Below, piece by piece: positions 1 through 12,030 of a stretch of DNA of 64,000 nt. Positions within the stretch are counted from its first letter, which is position 1; every line of letters starts with the position of its first letter. The DNA is from Carcharhinus amblyrhynchos (Eukaryota): assembly GCA_965287045.1 (NCBI GenBank), contig OZ336870.1:86490001-86554000 (forward strand), in the 5' to 3' direction. The notes beneath the pieces were generated by a model that saw nothing but the letters and a program-made list of their open reading frames with translations, was not told where the DNA came from and searched no databases. The position numbers were made by a program, and so were the translations under genes.

Positions 1-22
1 CTTGTGATTGTAGGAGGTTAAT

Positions 23-658
23 TGTTGTAGGTAAAATAGTACCTCTGAGACAGTGAGTTAAAATACAATGGTTTTTATTCCAAAGCTTTGGGGAGAAGCT
101 GGCTCCGATTAAGGCCTACCAGACTTATCATAGAACACAAACACAAGTGGGTATTTATATATTATGAGCTCCAGCAGGAATCACGATTCAAAGTTCCAAT
201 TCCTGCCAGACCTCCAGTTCTTCCTTCCTGGGTTGTGATGCAGCCCCGGAGTTAATGAGGAATTACAGTCCTGCAGGCAGGACACAGGAAACCCCTTCTG
301 CAGAGTACTGGCATCCCTTCTTTGAAGTTACTTGTGTGATCACGGCTGTCCCAGCAGGACTCTTCCTGTTAAAATCCGGTATCGTAAACTACCATTTATG
401 TAACAATGTCTAACTAACACAAATAGGTAAGATTTACAAAGTCTACAAAATAACAGCCACATTAAACTATCTGACTTTACACAAATGAAAGTTAAAGCAC
501 GTAAGACATGAACACATAACTTATATTAATGCCAGGAACAATATAAGCTAAAGGAGATCAGTCATGATGAAGGGTTATGATTGGGACATATTCTAGGTAC
601 AAAATCCATTAACCCTTTCCCTTCAGGTACAAAATGCATTCAGCTTTTCCCTACTTCA
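23..658 (-). mobile_element. Solo LTR (ERV/LTR retrotransposon) inserted into a LINE fragment
   Basis: Termini TGTTGTAGG...CCTACTTCA (imperfect inverted ends, TG..CA). Flanked by ttaat (18-22) and ctaat (659-663). The LINE sequence on the left (gattgtaggaggttaat) resumes on the right (cacctcc...atcactgcaggagttcctc), as in the uninterrupted homolog near 18400-18450. AATAAA on the minus strand near 74-79. Confidence 0.7.
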
Positions 659-1250
659 CTAATCACCTCCACCAAAGGTCATCACTGCAGGAGTTCCTCA
701 ATCTAGTATCCTCAGCCCAGTTACCTTCAGTTACTTTAATGACCTTCCTTCCCAGAGGTCAAAGTGGGGAAGCTCGTGGATGATTGCAGTGTTCACTCCC
801 ATTCACAACTCCTTGGATCATGAGTGAAACAGTCTGTGCCCACATGCAGCAAAAGCTGCATGCAGGCTGAGCATCTAAGCGGCAAGTAACTAATGAACAT
901 ATGGCAGATGTAGGCCATTCAGTTCCTCGAGCCTGCTCCACCATGTGATAAGATCATGGCTGATTTGATTGTAACTGTTAACTTATCACCCCTTGCTTAC
1001 CAAGAATCTATTCACCTCTGCCATGTGTGCCACAATTGCCATCTCCAATATGACAAAGTCAAACCACCTCTCCCATGACATTCAACAGCATTATTACCAT
1101 CAAAAGCATTCCCCTAACCTCAGTGAAATCCTGGGGTTACCACTGACTGGAAACCAGCTCAACACCTTCTCGAGGGCAATTCAGGTTGGGCAATAAATGT
1201 TGTCTTTGCCAGTGAAATCCACATTCCATGAATGAATAAGTGAAAAAAAA
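659..1250 (+). mobile_element. Degenerate CR1/L2-group LINE ('family B') RT fragment and 3' tail, with a nested CR1 tail at about 894-1020
   Basis: GVPQ-like RT region (gcaggagttcctc). Tail gggcaataaatg...gccag...cccacattccatgaatgaat + A-run is shared with copies at about 5875, 19300 and 27650. Confidence 0.7.
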
Positions 1251-1329
1251 TTAACTCTACAAATAATCCCTTGTTCTCAGTTGTGTCACTTTTCTGATCT
1301 TTCTAATGTAGCTAGTTCTAGAGCACAAG

Positions 1330-1870
1330 TATTCAGCATGATTGCTGGGTTATTGTCTTAGGCCCAGAGTCTCTTGCTCAGCTGAAGTTAATATCGGGGG
1401 GGAATTGAACTGGCTGTAAACTGACATATTTGATGGTGACTTCGGCAGAAGGCCAAAATGGATCATCTGCTTTATACAGTTCTGGCTGCAGATGATTGTG
1501 AAAGCTTCAGCCTCGCCTTTGCTTTATGTGCTGAGCTCCCCCATCATTAAGGGTGGGGATGTTCATAAAGGCTGATCCTCTTGTCAGTTTAATTATCCAT
1601 TACGATTCATGACTGGATCTGGTTGGACTGCAGAACTTTGCTCTGATGAGTTGGTTGCGTTGTGGGACTAATTGGCTCTGTTTATAATATGCTGCAGTTG
1701 CTGTTCAGCACGCATGAATTCCTGTGTTGTAGCTTTCTCACGTTGACACCCAATTTTTTTCCGCACACCTGGTGCTATTTCGGTCACACTCTCCTACGCT
1801 TTCTGTTGAGCCACAACTATTGACCTGGCTTGATAATGGCGGGATGAGGGATTTATTGGGCCATGATGTG
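1330..1870 (-). mobile_element. Degenerate LINE family B internal fragment
   Basis: Recognised by eye as a diverged internal part of the same LINE family. No open frame. Confidence 0.45.
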
Positions 1871-2239
1871 TTAATCGTGTTGATAATATGTAGTAGGGAC
1901 ATTGCTGCAAAGCTCTAAAATAGCAAACCATGCTTATTGACTGATTTATTTTCCCTTTAATATTTCTCAGTTCCTTTGTATTATTTTTTCATAGTTCTGA
2001 CTTCACATATTTTTCATAATTAACCAAAGAATCTTTCAGAGAAAGCATAGTATTGGTACACTCAACCCCTCTCAAACTCCCCTTTTCTTTCTTCCCTCCC
2101 TCCCCCAGGAAAGATATCATTTGATCAGCAGCCCAACTTTCCCCTGGAGGATATATTCCAAAGAATAACCCTCACGAGGACTGATCATGCTCTTTCCACA
2201 CACAAATCAAATGGTGCTGAAACCTATGACTATGGGGAC

Positions 2240-2266
2240 GAGTGCTAAATATCACACCATGGCACC
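2240..2266 (-). pseudogene. tRNA-Gln-like 5' fragment
   Basis: Minus strand GGTGCCATGGTGTGATATTTAGCACTC matches the vertebrate tRNA-Gln 5' end GGTTCCATGGTGTAATGGTTAGCACTC at 23/27 positions (recalled sequence). No complete cloverleaf. Confidence 0.4.
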
Positions 2267-3596
2267 AAGCTTTTCAAAGGATCTCTTTACATAATTAAGG
2301 TTACTGGCTTGTTTCCTCCTGGAGATTGCTGTGTTTTGCCACGACTGTATTTCTTCAGATCACTGCATTGTGTGATCTTTACTGGATTCTTTTTTTCTGA
2401 CATACACATACCTAAAACTGAAAAGCCATCAACTAGATTTTCACTTCCCCTTCACTGGTGTTGTTCCAAGGGAATGGTAATTGGTGTTGAATTATATTCA
2501 GTTTGAATAATGTTTATAACTTACACTGCTTTTGTTTAGCAATGGTACTGTAATGATTGACAGTATCTAAAAAATTCATTCATGTAAAGATATTGTAGCT
2601 GTCTTTCTAGGATATTCAAAATGAAAGACGAGATGCTAGACATGCGCATGTTATTGTAGCATTGGCCGCACTTGACATTTTCTGAGTTCATCTTTCAAAG
2701 GTGGTATCATTCTGCCATTGTACTGGTTATGTTCCATTGTGTGATACAAAGTATATGTAATTAATCCTTGAGGATTGTAAAAGAGAGCATCAGATGGAGG
2801 TTGGGTTTACGGTCTGAATTTTACTGATAACTTTCTCTTTTCACTCTGAAACCAATATCTTCATTGAAATAAAGGAGAGAACAAGGAACTGAATGTGGCA
2901 TGATGAGTGATGTTGCAATAGACTACCTGAAAGTGATGAGTGACATTTCTGATCTGGCATCAGGATGCAGATTGCTAATACTGTATTAAATTGATTGTGG
3001 CTCAGAATTTTAGAGCACATTGCTATCGGGTTGCTTTTTAAAACAAAAGTTATTGGTGAAGGGGAGTCATGGTTTTGCTTGGCAATTGAGTTGTTGCAAG
3101 TAATGAATGAAGTCTGTTTTGCTGTTTGTATTTTTTTAATGAGATTGCATAAATATAACCAAAAAACTTCTGTGTTGTATAAATTAAAATCTGATTTGTG
3201 TTTTTGAAAGTGAATTTTTCAATGAATTCACAGCTGATGCATTATTATATGAAATGGGTATTTTATTAGCATGTAAAACTTCAAAACAAATCATCTTTAT
3301 GTCATGTAGACAAAAACAGGCACTAAAACTTCCCAACTCTTAAGCAATCAAATTGCCTGTAGAATATATGAAAAGAGAGAGGTAAAAATAAACTGAAAGG
3401 CGCATCCAGGTTTCCCCTATACACTGGATGTACATATGCAGAAAGAAAATTGACCATGTTTTTTTAAATTTATTTTCTCTTGATGTGTATGAGGTGGGGC
3501 ACAATCGCACTCATTGCCTTGAGCTGTTGCAGTCCCAGTGTGAATCCATAATGGTCTTTGGGTTTTGAGTATCTAGGGTTTTGGGTTTCTAGTCTT

Positions 3597-3965
3597 GGGG
3601 AGGCGATGGCCAGTAATCGCTAAACTATTAATCCAGAAACTCAGCTAACGTTCTGGGGATCCAGGTTCGAATCCCACCATGGCAGATGGTGGAATTTGAA
3701 TTCAATAAAAAGATCTGGAATTAAGAATTTACTGATGACCATGAAACTATTGTTGATTGTCAGCAAAAACCCATCTGGTTCACTAATATCCTTTAGGGAA
3801 GAAAATCTGCCATCTTTATTTGGTCTGGCTTATGTGGGACTCCAGAGCCACAGCAATGTGGTTGACTCTCAACTGCCCACTGAACAATAATAACTAGGTA
3901 AGGGCAATAAATGCTGGCTGGCTGGCCAGCCAGCGACATCTGTGTCCCATGACTAAATTAAAACA
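3597..3965 (+). mobile_element. tRNA-derived SINE with LINE family B 3' tail
   Basis: B-box GGTTCGAATCC at about 3664-3674. Body is shared with minus-strand copies at 18545-18850 and 26310-26640. Tail gggcaataaatgctggc is shared with LINE family B. Confidence 0.8.
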
Positions 3966-4204
3966 AAAGCAGTGTTCTGATCCAGCAGTGATATGTGTCC
4001 AAATCAGAATGTTCTGTGACTTGGAAAGGAACTTGGAGATTGTGGTGTTCTTGTGAAATGCTGCTCTTGTTTTTGATGGTACTTGCCACAAGGCTCAAGA
4101 TTGTTGTTGAAGGAAACTGGGTGATTGCCGGAATGCATTCTGTAATGTACGTGCTGTGGCCAAAATGCACCAAGTGTGAATATTGAGTCCAGTGGCAAGA
4201 GTGT

Positions 4205-4640
4205 CAAATCATTGAATGGTACAACACAAAAGGATGCTATTTAATCCATTGGTACTGTGCTAGCACCTTGAAAGAGCTGCCCACTTTTTCCTACTTCCCT
4301 GCATTTTCTGCATTGTCCTGCAAATAATTCTCCTTCAAGTAATTATCTAATTTCCCTTTGTTAGTGTATTGATAACCTTTCACTGTTGTTCCAGAAAGTG
4401 GATTCTAGATCATAAAAACCTGCTCTGTTTTTAAAAATAGAATTCTCTGCATTTTGCCTCTGGTTCTTCTGTCAGCTTCTTTACATCTGTGTCCACTAAT
4501 AACCAACCTTTCTGTCACAGGAAACATTTTCTCTTTAATTATTCTATTAAAACACTTCTTGATCTATCCTTATTCTCTGTTCTAAGGAGAATGCCAGTTC
4601 CTCTAGACTTTCCCCATAAATCAAATGAACATTGTTCTGA
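4205..4640 (-). mobile_element. Old CR1 3' fragment
   Basis: Diverged match to the CR1 3' end seen in younger copies in this window. Confidence 0.45.
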
Positions 4641-5874
4641 ATAGTTTGGGGAGGGTTTAATGGCTCTGTCCGCCAGGGAAATGAACCAGGTCTAGTCCTG
4701 TTGTGTGTTATTAGCTGCTTAAATATTGAGTGTAGTTGAACAATGAAATTGTTAGTGAAGAATCCCACAGTTAGTCTTATGATGGACTAAGGGAATTAAT
4801 GAGGCAGCTAAACATGGTCAAACTGAATGGGGAGACTTAATGCAGTCCTTGCTTGCTACAACCAGATGATGAATGACAAAGTCGTAGTGGTGATGTCAAC
4901 AGCCCTAAGTCAGTAAGAGTTCACTTTCACTATGTAGATTGGGCTTCATTGATGTCATCAAAACCAGATATTCCATTTTAACTTGAGTGATGTGGAGAGA
5001 AGCAGTGCTGGCCTTTCTGCCAGGCAAACCTGCTGGGAGAAGCAGACTGGGTCAGACAATGCCAGTGAGGTAAATATTTTTTGGTTTCCTTGTTATCCAA
5101 AAGAGTGGTTTTGCCTCTGAACCCACACACAACCTCTGGACACTTATGCCTTTGGCTTTATTCCCTTATTCCACCTCCCCCACCCCCGCCCCTGCCCCTG
5201 CCCCTAGAATTGCTCTCCTTTATGCCAATTACTTTGTGCTGGGTACTGTACTCTGGACCCCCAACAGTGGCTTTCTAATGCCCACTTCTAAATTGCTGGC
5301 CGTTTTGATCACACAGTTAGTAAATGGCATGCTAATGTTGCCCATCCATCAAAATCGGCCAGCCTGCCTACTGCCATTCAGGAACTCAACGCAAAGTGAA
5401 AAGTAAGCCCTTTTCTCTCTAGTACCTTTTGAAGTCTTGTGCATCACAATCAAAGGATGAAGATTTTAAAGTTTGATCAAAACATTTGCGACTGAGATTT
5501 CCAATTGCATGCTCCCAGTAAGAAACATTTCCTGCTGAGAGTGTGGATCAGAAAATTGCATAGGCATAAATCATAATTTTCTGCCCAGTGCATAAATAGA
5601 TTGAATTTTTTATGGTGAAGCACACCTACAATATCTTAGTCTGGAACCCATAGTAGGAACCAGACTTTCAAAATCATACCTAAAGTAATTGCGTTTCTGC
5701 AAGATTGAAAAAAGAGATTTTAAAGAGAATGACTCAGTGCATATATAAAACGTCTTGCTGGGTTTGATCTATGAGTAATGACTGCACAGCCAATATTGTC
5801 CTATAGCATTTTGATGCTCGTGAAACTTGTGAAGATCAGATCACTATATTTGCTGTGTGATACAAAATATATAT

Positions 5875-8017
5875 ACTTCTGTTTATTCATGCGATGAGAG
5901 AGCCGCTGGCTAGGCCAGCATTTGGTGTCCACTTTGGTGATACTGATGAGTGGCCTTCTTGAACCACTGCATTCCTTGGGGTGTAGGTGCACCCACAGCA
6001 CTAAGGAAAGGCGCTCCAGGATTTTGATCAGTGAAGGAATGGCAATAAAGTTCTAAGTCAGAATGTTGTGTGATTTGGAGGAATCTTGCAGGTGGTGATG
6101 TCCTGTGCATCTGCTGCCCTTGTCCTTTTAGTTGGTGGATATTCGGAAGGTGCTGTTGAATGAGTCTTGGTGAGTTGTTGCAGTACAACTTGTAGGTGGT
6201 ACACGCTGCTGCTGCTGCTGTGTTGATGGTGGAGAGGGTGAATGTTGAAGGTGGTGGATGGACTGCCAGTCAAGTTTCAGTCAAGCTTCTTGGGTGGTGT
6301 TGGAATTAAATTCATCCAAGCAAGTATAGGGTATTCCATCACACTTAGCTGCCACAGAATTCCCAGTGTTTGACCTGCTCTTGTAACATTTTTACGGCTA
6401 GCCCAGTTCAGTTTCTGATTATTGGTAAACCCCCAGGATGTTGACAGTGGGGGATTCAGCAATGGTAATGCCATTAGACTCGTTTCATTGGAGATGGTGA
6501 TTCCAGGTACTTGTGTGGCGTGAATATTACTTGCTGCTTATCAGCTCAAGCTTGGATATTGTCCAGTCTTGCTGCATTTAAACGTGAACTGCTACAGTAT
6601 CTGAGGAGTTGTGAAAGGTGCTGAACATTGTGCAGTCATCAGTGAACGCCCCTACTTCTGACCTTTTATAATGTAAGGAAGGTCCTTGATGAAGCATCTG
6701 AATATGGTTGGGCCTAGGACCTTACCCTGAGGAACTTCTGCAACAATGCCCTGGAACTGAGATGACTGACAACCAGAATCATCTTCCTTTATGACAGGTA
6801 TAGAACAGTATAGCACAGTACAGGCCTTTCAGCCCTCGATGTTGTGCCAATCTGTGTCCGAACCCATGATCAAGCTATCCTACTCTTTATCATTATGGTG
6901 TGCTCCATGTGCCTATCCAACATTTGCTTGAATGTTCCTAAAGTGTCCGGCTCCACTGTCACAGCAGGCATTGCATTCCACACCCCAACCACTCTGAGTA
7001 AAGAACCTACCTCAGACATCCCTCCTATATCTCCCACCGTGAACCTTATAGTTATGCCCCCTAGTAACAGCTAAATCCACCCGAGGAAATAGTCAATGAA
7101 CGTCCACTCTATCTGTTCCCCCTCATTATCTTATAGACTTCTATTACATCACCTCTCATCCTCCTCTGCTCTAAAGAAAAAAGCCCCAGCTTCCTCAACC
7201 TTTCCTCATAAGACCTATTCTCCAGACCAGACAGCATCCTGGTAAATCTCCTCTGCGCTCTGTCCAAGTGCTTCCACATCCTCCTTATAGTGAGGTGACC
7301 TGTACTGCACACAATATTCCAAATGTGGTCTCACCAAGGTCCTGTACAGTTGCAGTTTAACCCCATGACTCTTAAACTCAAACCCCCTGTTAATAAACGC
7401 TAACACACTATAAACGTTCTTCACGGCTCTATCCACTTGAGTGATAACCTTCAGAGATCTGTGGATATGAATCTCAAGATCTCTCTGTTCCTCCACTTTC
7501 CTCAGAACCCTGCCATTGACCCTTAATCCACATTCAAGTTTGTCCTATCAAAGTGAATCACCTTGCACTTATCAGGGTTAAACTCCATCTGCCACTTTTC
7601 AGCCCAGCTCTGCATCCTATCAATATCTCTTTGCAGCCTTCAAGAGCCCTCCACTTCATTCACTACTCCACCAATCTAGGTGTGATCAGCAAATTTACTA
7701 ACCCACTCTTCCAAGTCATTGATAAAAATCACAAATAGCAGAGGACCCCAACCAGCAGGGAATTTCCAGTCTGACCCCCATTAATCCAGTTTTGCTAGTG
7801 CTCCTTGATGGCACACTTGGTCAAATGCTATGTTAATGTCTGGGACACTCATTCTCATCTCACCTCTGGGGTTCAGCTCTTTTATCCATGTTTCAGCTAA
7901 GGCTGTAATGAGGTCAGGTGCTGAGTGACTTTGACGGAACTGAACTGAGTGTCAGTGAGCAGGGCATTGCTCAGCAAGTGCCAATTGATAGCAGTGTTGA
8001 TGACCTCATGTTGATGA
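5875..8017 (-). mobile_element. LINE family B, host of nested CR1 copies; continues at about 9842-9975
   Basis: Reverse-complement tail at about 5880-5925. RT motif (accctgaggaac, GVPQG on the minus strand) at about 6725. Homologous to 17935-19310 and 27650-28830. Confidence 0.8.
6800..7750 (-). mobile_element. CR1 LINE 3' fragment nested in LINE family B
   Basis: ORFs 7109-7312 and 7215-7496 carry CR1 C-terminal motifs (LVRPHLEYCVQ, QRRFTRM, RMRGDVIEVYKIM). Confidence 0.9.
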
Positions 8018-9841
8018 CGCTAAATATTAAAAAGGATAGTAAGAGTTTTTATAAATATATAAAGAGGAGGAGGCTGGGTAGGGTGAATGTTGGACCCTTA
8101 GAGGATGAGAGGGGGGATTTAGTGGTGGGGCTTGAGGAAATGGCTGAGGCCTTAAAGGTTTTTTGCTCCGGTCTTCACGGAGGAGGACGCGAATAGTTTG
8201 CCGGGTATTAACGATAGAAGGATGGTAGGAGTTGAGGGCCTGAATGAGATCACTGTCACTAGAGAGGTAGTGCTCGACAGACTAGTGGGACTGATGGTGG
8301 ACAAGTCCCCAGGACCGGATGGAATGCATCCCAGGGTTCTGAAGGAAATGGCGGAGATGATAGCGGATGCCTCAGTGATTATTTTCCAAACCTTGCTGGA
8401 TTCCGGGGAAGTGCCGGAAGATTGGAAAACAGCTAATGTTACGCCGCTGTTTAAAAAGGGTAGCAGGCAAAAGGCAGGGAATTATGGGTCAGTTAGTTTA
8501 ACTTCTGTTGTAGGAAAAATGCTTGAATCCGTCATCAAAGAAGAAATAGTGAGGCATCTGGAGAAGAATTGTTTGATGGAGCAGACGCAGCACGGATTCG
8601 TTAAGGGGAAGTTGTGTCGGATGAATTTATTGGAATTCTTTGAGGATGTGTTTAGTGCGGTGGACGGAGGGAAACCGATGGATGTGGTGTTTCTCGATTT
8701 TCAGAAGGCGTTTGATAAGGTGCCGCACAAAAGGCTGTTACAGAAGGTTATGGGGGCATGGAGTTGGGGGTAAGGTGTTAGTGTGGATAGAGGATTGTCA
8801 AATAGGAGGCAGAGAGTAGGTGTCAATGGGTGCTATTTGGATTGGCGGTTGGTGACTAGTGGAGTGCCCCAGGGATCGGTGCTGGGGCCTCAGCTATTTA
8901 CCATTTATATAGATGATCTGGAGGAGGGAGCTGAGTGTAGGGTGTAGGGTTTGCTGATGACACAAAGATAAGTCGAAAAGCAAATTGTGCGGAGGGTGTA
9001 GAAAGGCTGAGCGAGTGGGCGAGGACCTGGCAGATGAAATACAATGTTGGCAAGCGTGAGGTTATCCACTTTGGCAGGAATAATGGTAGGAGGGACTACT
9101 ACTTAAAGGGCGAAAAGCTGCAGCATGCTACGGTGCAGAGGGACCTGGGGGTCCTTGTGCATGAGTCGCAAAAACCCAGCCTACAGGTGCAGCAGGTGAT
9201 CAGGAAGGCAAATGGGATGCTGGCCTTCGTAGCGAGGGGGATTGAATATAAAAATAGGGAAGTCTTGCTGCAACTGTACAGGGCACTGGTGAGGCCGCAG
9301 CTGGAGTACTGTGTGCAGTTTTGGTCGCTGCACTTGGGCAAGGATATTTTGGCCTTGGAGGGAGTGCAGAGGAGGTTCACTAGGCTGATACCGGGGTTGA
9401 ACTATGAAGAGAGGCTGAATAGACTGGGCTTGTACTCGTTGGAGTTTAGAAGAATGAGGGGGGATCTTATTGAGACGTATAAGATGATGAAGGGATGGAT
9501 AGGGTAGAGGTGGAGAGGTTCTTCCTGCTCAGAAGGGACAGTAGGACTAGAGGGCACAGCCTCAAGATAAGGGGGGGTGCAGTTTAGTACGGAGTTGAAG
9601 AGGAACTTCTTCACTCAAAGGGTGGTGAATCTCTGGAATTCTCTGCCCGTTGAAGTGGTGGAGGCTACCTCGCTAAATATTTTTAAGACGTGGGTAGATA
9701 GGTTTTTGGTGGGTTATGGGGAGAAAGCAGGAAAGTGGAACTGAGCCACTTCAGATCAGCCATGATCTTATTGAATGGCGGGGCAGGCTCGAGGGGCTAG
9801 ATGGCCTACTCCTGCTCCTATTTCTCATGTTCTTATGTTCT
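8018..9841 (+). mobile_element. 5'-truncated CR1 LINE (young family A), frameshifted ORF2
   Basis: [38 protein letters not shown] and LVRPQLEYCVQFW motifs spread across several frames. 3' tail (ttcttatg)n. Closely similar to 52389-54864. Confidence 0.95.
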
Positions 9842-10085
9842 CATCCATCTCTGACTGATGGAGTGGTAATTTGCCAGATTGGATTTGTCCTGCTTTTTTA
9901 TGGGCAGGACCTAGCTGGACAATTTTCCACATTATTGGATAGATTCCAGTGTTGTTGCTGGGCTGGGGATGCAGCAAAGGGTGGGATGCATCTTGTAACA
10001 ATCTCCCCGAGATAAACTGGGATTGATGGACAGCATTGAAGGTGAGCAATAGTACTGTAGATTTGCTCTGTCAAAGAATATTTTT

Positions 10086-10287
10086 GTTGTGGGTATGCCG
10101 GCGTTGGACTGGCGTTAAACACAGTAAAAAGTCTGACAACACCAGGTTTTAGTCCAACCTATTTATTTGATAATATACTCACAAGCTTTCGGGGTTAGCC
10201 CCTGACGAAGGGGCTAACCCCGAAAGCTTGTGAGTATATTATCAAATAAATAGGTTGGACTAAAACCTGGTGTTGTCAGACTTTTTA
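10086..10287. mobile_element. Palindromic Penelope-like (PLE) mini-copy
   Basis: 80-bp perfect inverted repeat (10124-10203 / 10209-10288) with loop gacga. Nearly identical to the 3' end of the PLE at 46292-46796. Flanking direct repeat caaagaatattttt (10072-10085 / 10288-10301). Confidence 0.9.
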
Positions 10288-11261
10288 CAAAGAATATTTT
10301 TAGCAGCGCAGTTCATCACTGTACAACATCCAATTGTGGTGTAGAAACTAAAATATTTCAACATGCTTTCACTTCCTTCAGTGGGGCCTCTTACCACATA
10401 TCGTAATGGAGCCAGGCTACAGATTTCAAATTTAAAGGTCTTTTTCCTCCTTTTGAAACATTCATGGATTGTGTCAGGCAGAGTCTCGAACTGCGTTCTT
10501 GGTCAAATAGGCTGCCATAGGCCCCTCATATGAAAATCTCTCATCTCATGAAGAGCATCAAGTCTGGTTAATTTGCCACATGACAAGTGGGAGCATGATG
10601 GAGAAGGCTGTACTGAATTCCATGTTTAAATTTATTTTGCACAGCTGACTGCAAGTTTTGTACATTACCAAAACAGCCTGTTCACACAAACTGCGGATTT
10701 ACTATCCAATATTTAATTATTAGATGTTGACATCTGCAAGTGGCCACGGTGGCTTGACAACAAGTGTCAACACCAAAGATAACAAACCACAATCATACCT
10801 GATAACCATGTTGCTTGTGGCAGAGCCTGCCTCTTGCAGATTGGTTTCTTCAGCCGTCAGCCAAAGTGCACTACGTGAATCTATCCCATCCCCAGTGGGT
10901 ATTCTGCATGTCCATGACGTTACGTAAATGAAAGGATGCTGCTGCCACTGATGTTTCAAATGTTCAATGGTCCTTCATTTCAGATGTAAAGAGACTTTTT
11001 ATATTGACGTGGCCTTAGTTCAGATTTTGAGAGATAATTTGTGCATCAGCTTCTAACAGTCACAATCTCAAATTTGGGGTCCTGTATCCTGGTGGCAGTG
11101 TGTACATCCAGTTCTTGGAATTTTCCAGTTAAGGTTGCTGAGATAAAGAGGCTTGCAAAGATTGTATAAACACTGGCTTGGGAAGGGGTGTTTGCTGGAG
11201 AAAGAAGGAAAGGAAAATGTTCTCCACTTCCAGCTTTTGGTATTCTGCCTTACTAACTCCA

Positions 11262-11630
11262 TATGAATATATGAATTAGGAGAAGGAGTAGGTCATTGAG
11301 TCCCTTGAATCTACTCCAGCGTTCAGTAAGATCATGGCTGATCTGGTTGTAGCCTCAGCTTCACGTTTCTCCCTACCCCAGGTAACCTTTGACACCCTTG
11401 TTAGTCAAAAATCTATTGACTTATGCTTTAAAAATATTAAAAATATTCAATAATCCTGCCCCCACCTCTGGGGAAGACAGTTCCAAAGACCAGCACCCTT
11501 CAGACAGAAAAAATGTATTTTTGTCTCTGTGTTAAATGGGCGGCCCCTAGTTTTAATCTCTCCCACGTTGGGAAACATCCTTTCAGCATCCACCCTGCCA
11601 AGTCTCCTCAGCATCCTATACCTTTCAGAA
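11262..11630 (-). mobile_element. Old CR1 3' end
   Basis: Tail motif aggagtaggtcatt...aagatcatggctgatct is shared with other CR1 tails in the window. Confidence 0.7.
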
Positions 11631-11889
11631 AGCCATGTTGACTCTGCTGATTGTATTGAGATTTTCTAAGTGTCCCCACTCTAATCTCTATAACAGATTC
11701 CAGCCACTTCTGTCCTGAAAGCTCATAGGAATTTTGTTATAATGGTAATTGAGGATTCCATTACATCTTCCACTTACATGTATGTATTGTTAAGGTTGCA
11801 TAGGAAGTCTCGACAAGTTTTTTTGATCATGGGGAGCATCGCAACCAAGCTCAATCTAATTCTTCAGCAAAAACAACTGCTCCAAGCCT

Positions 11890-12030
11890 GAAATAGAAAA
11901 TGCTGGAAATATTTAGCAGCCTGGAAGCAGCTGTTCTGATCAAAGGTCACAGGTCTGAAATGTTAACTGTTTCTCTCCCCACAGATCCTGCCAGACTTGT
12001 TGAGTATTCCAGCATTTTCTGATTTTGTTT
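11890..12030. mobile_element. Older PLE-derived palindromic element (family 2)
   Basis: agaaaatgctggaa...ttccagcattttct inverted ends. Degenerate ctgat...gaaatgttaac hammerhead-like core. Same family as 21785-23250, 33255-33830 and 63700-63990. Confidence 0.6.

Noticed and set aside
10724-10927. 67-aa ORF preceded by AG and ending near a GT, as a possible exon
   Set aside because: Poor pyrimidine tract, weak donor and no recognisable protein similarity.
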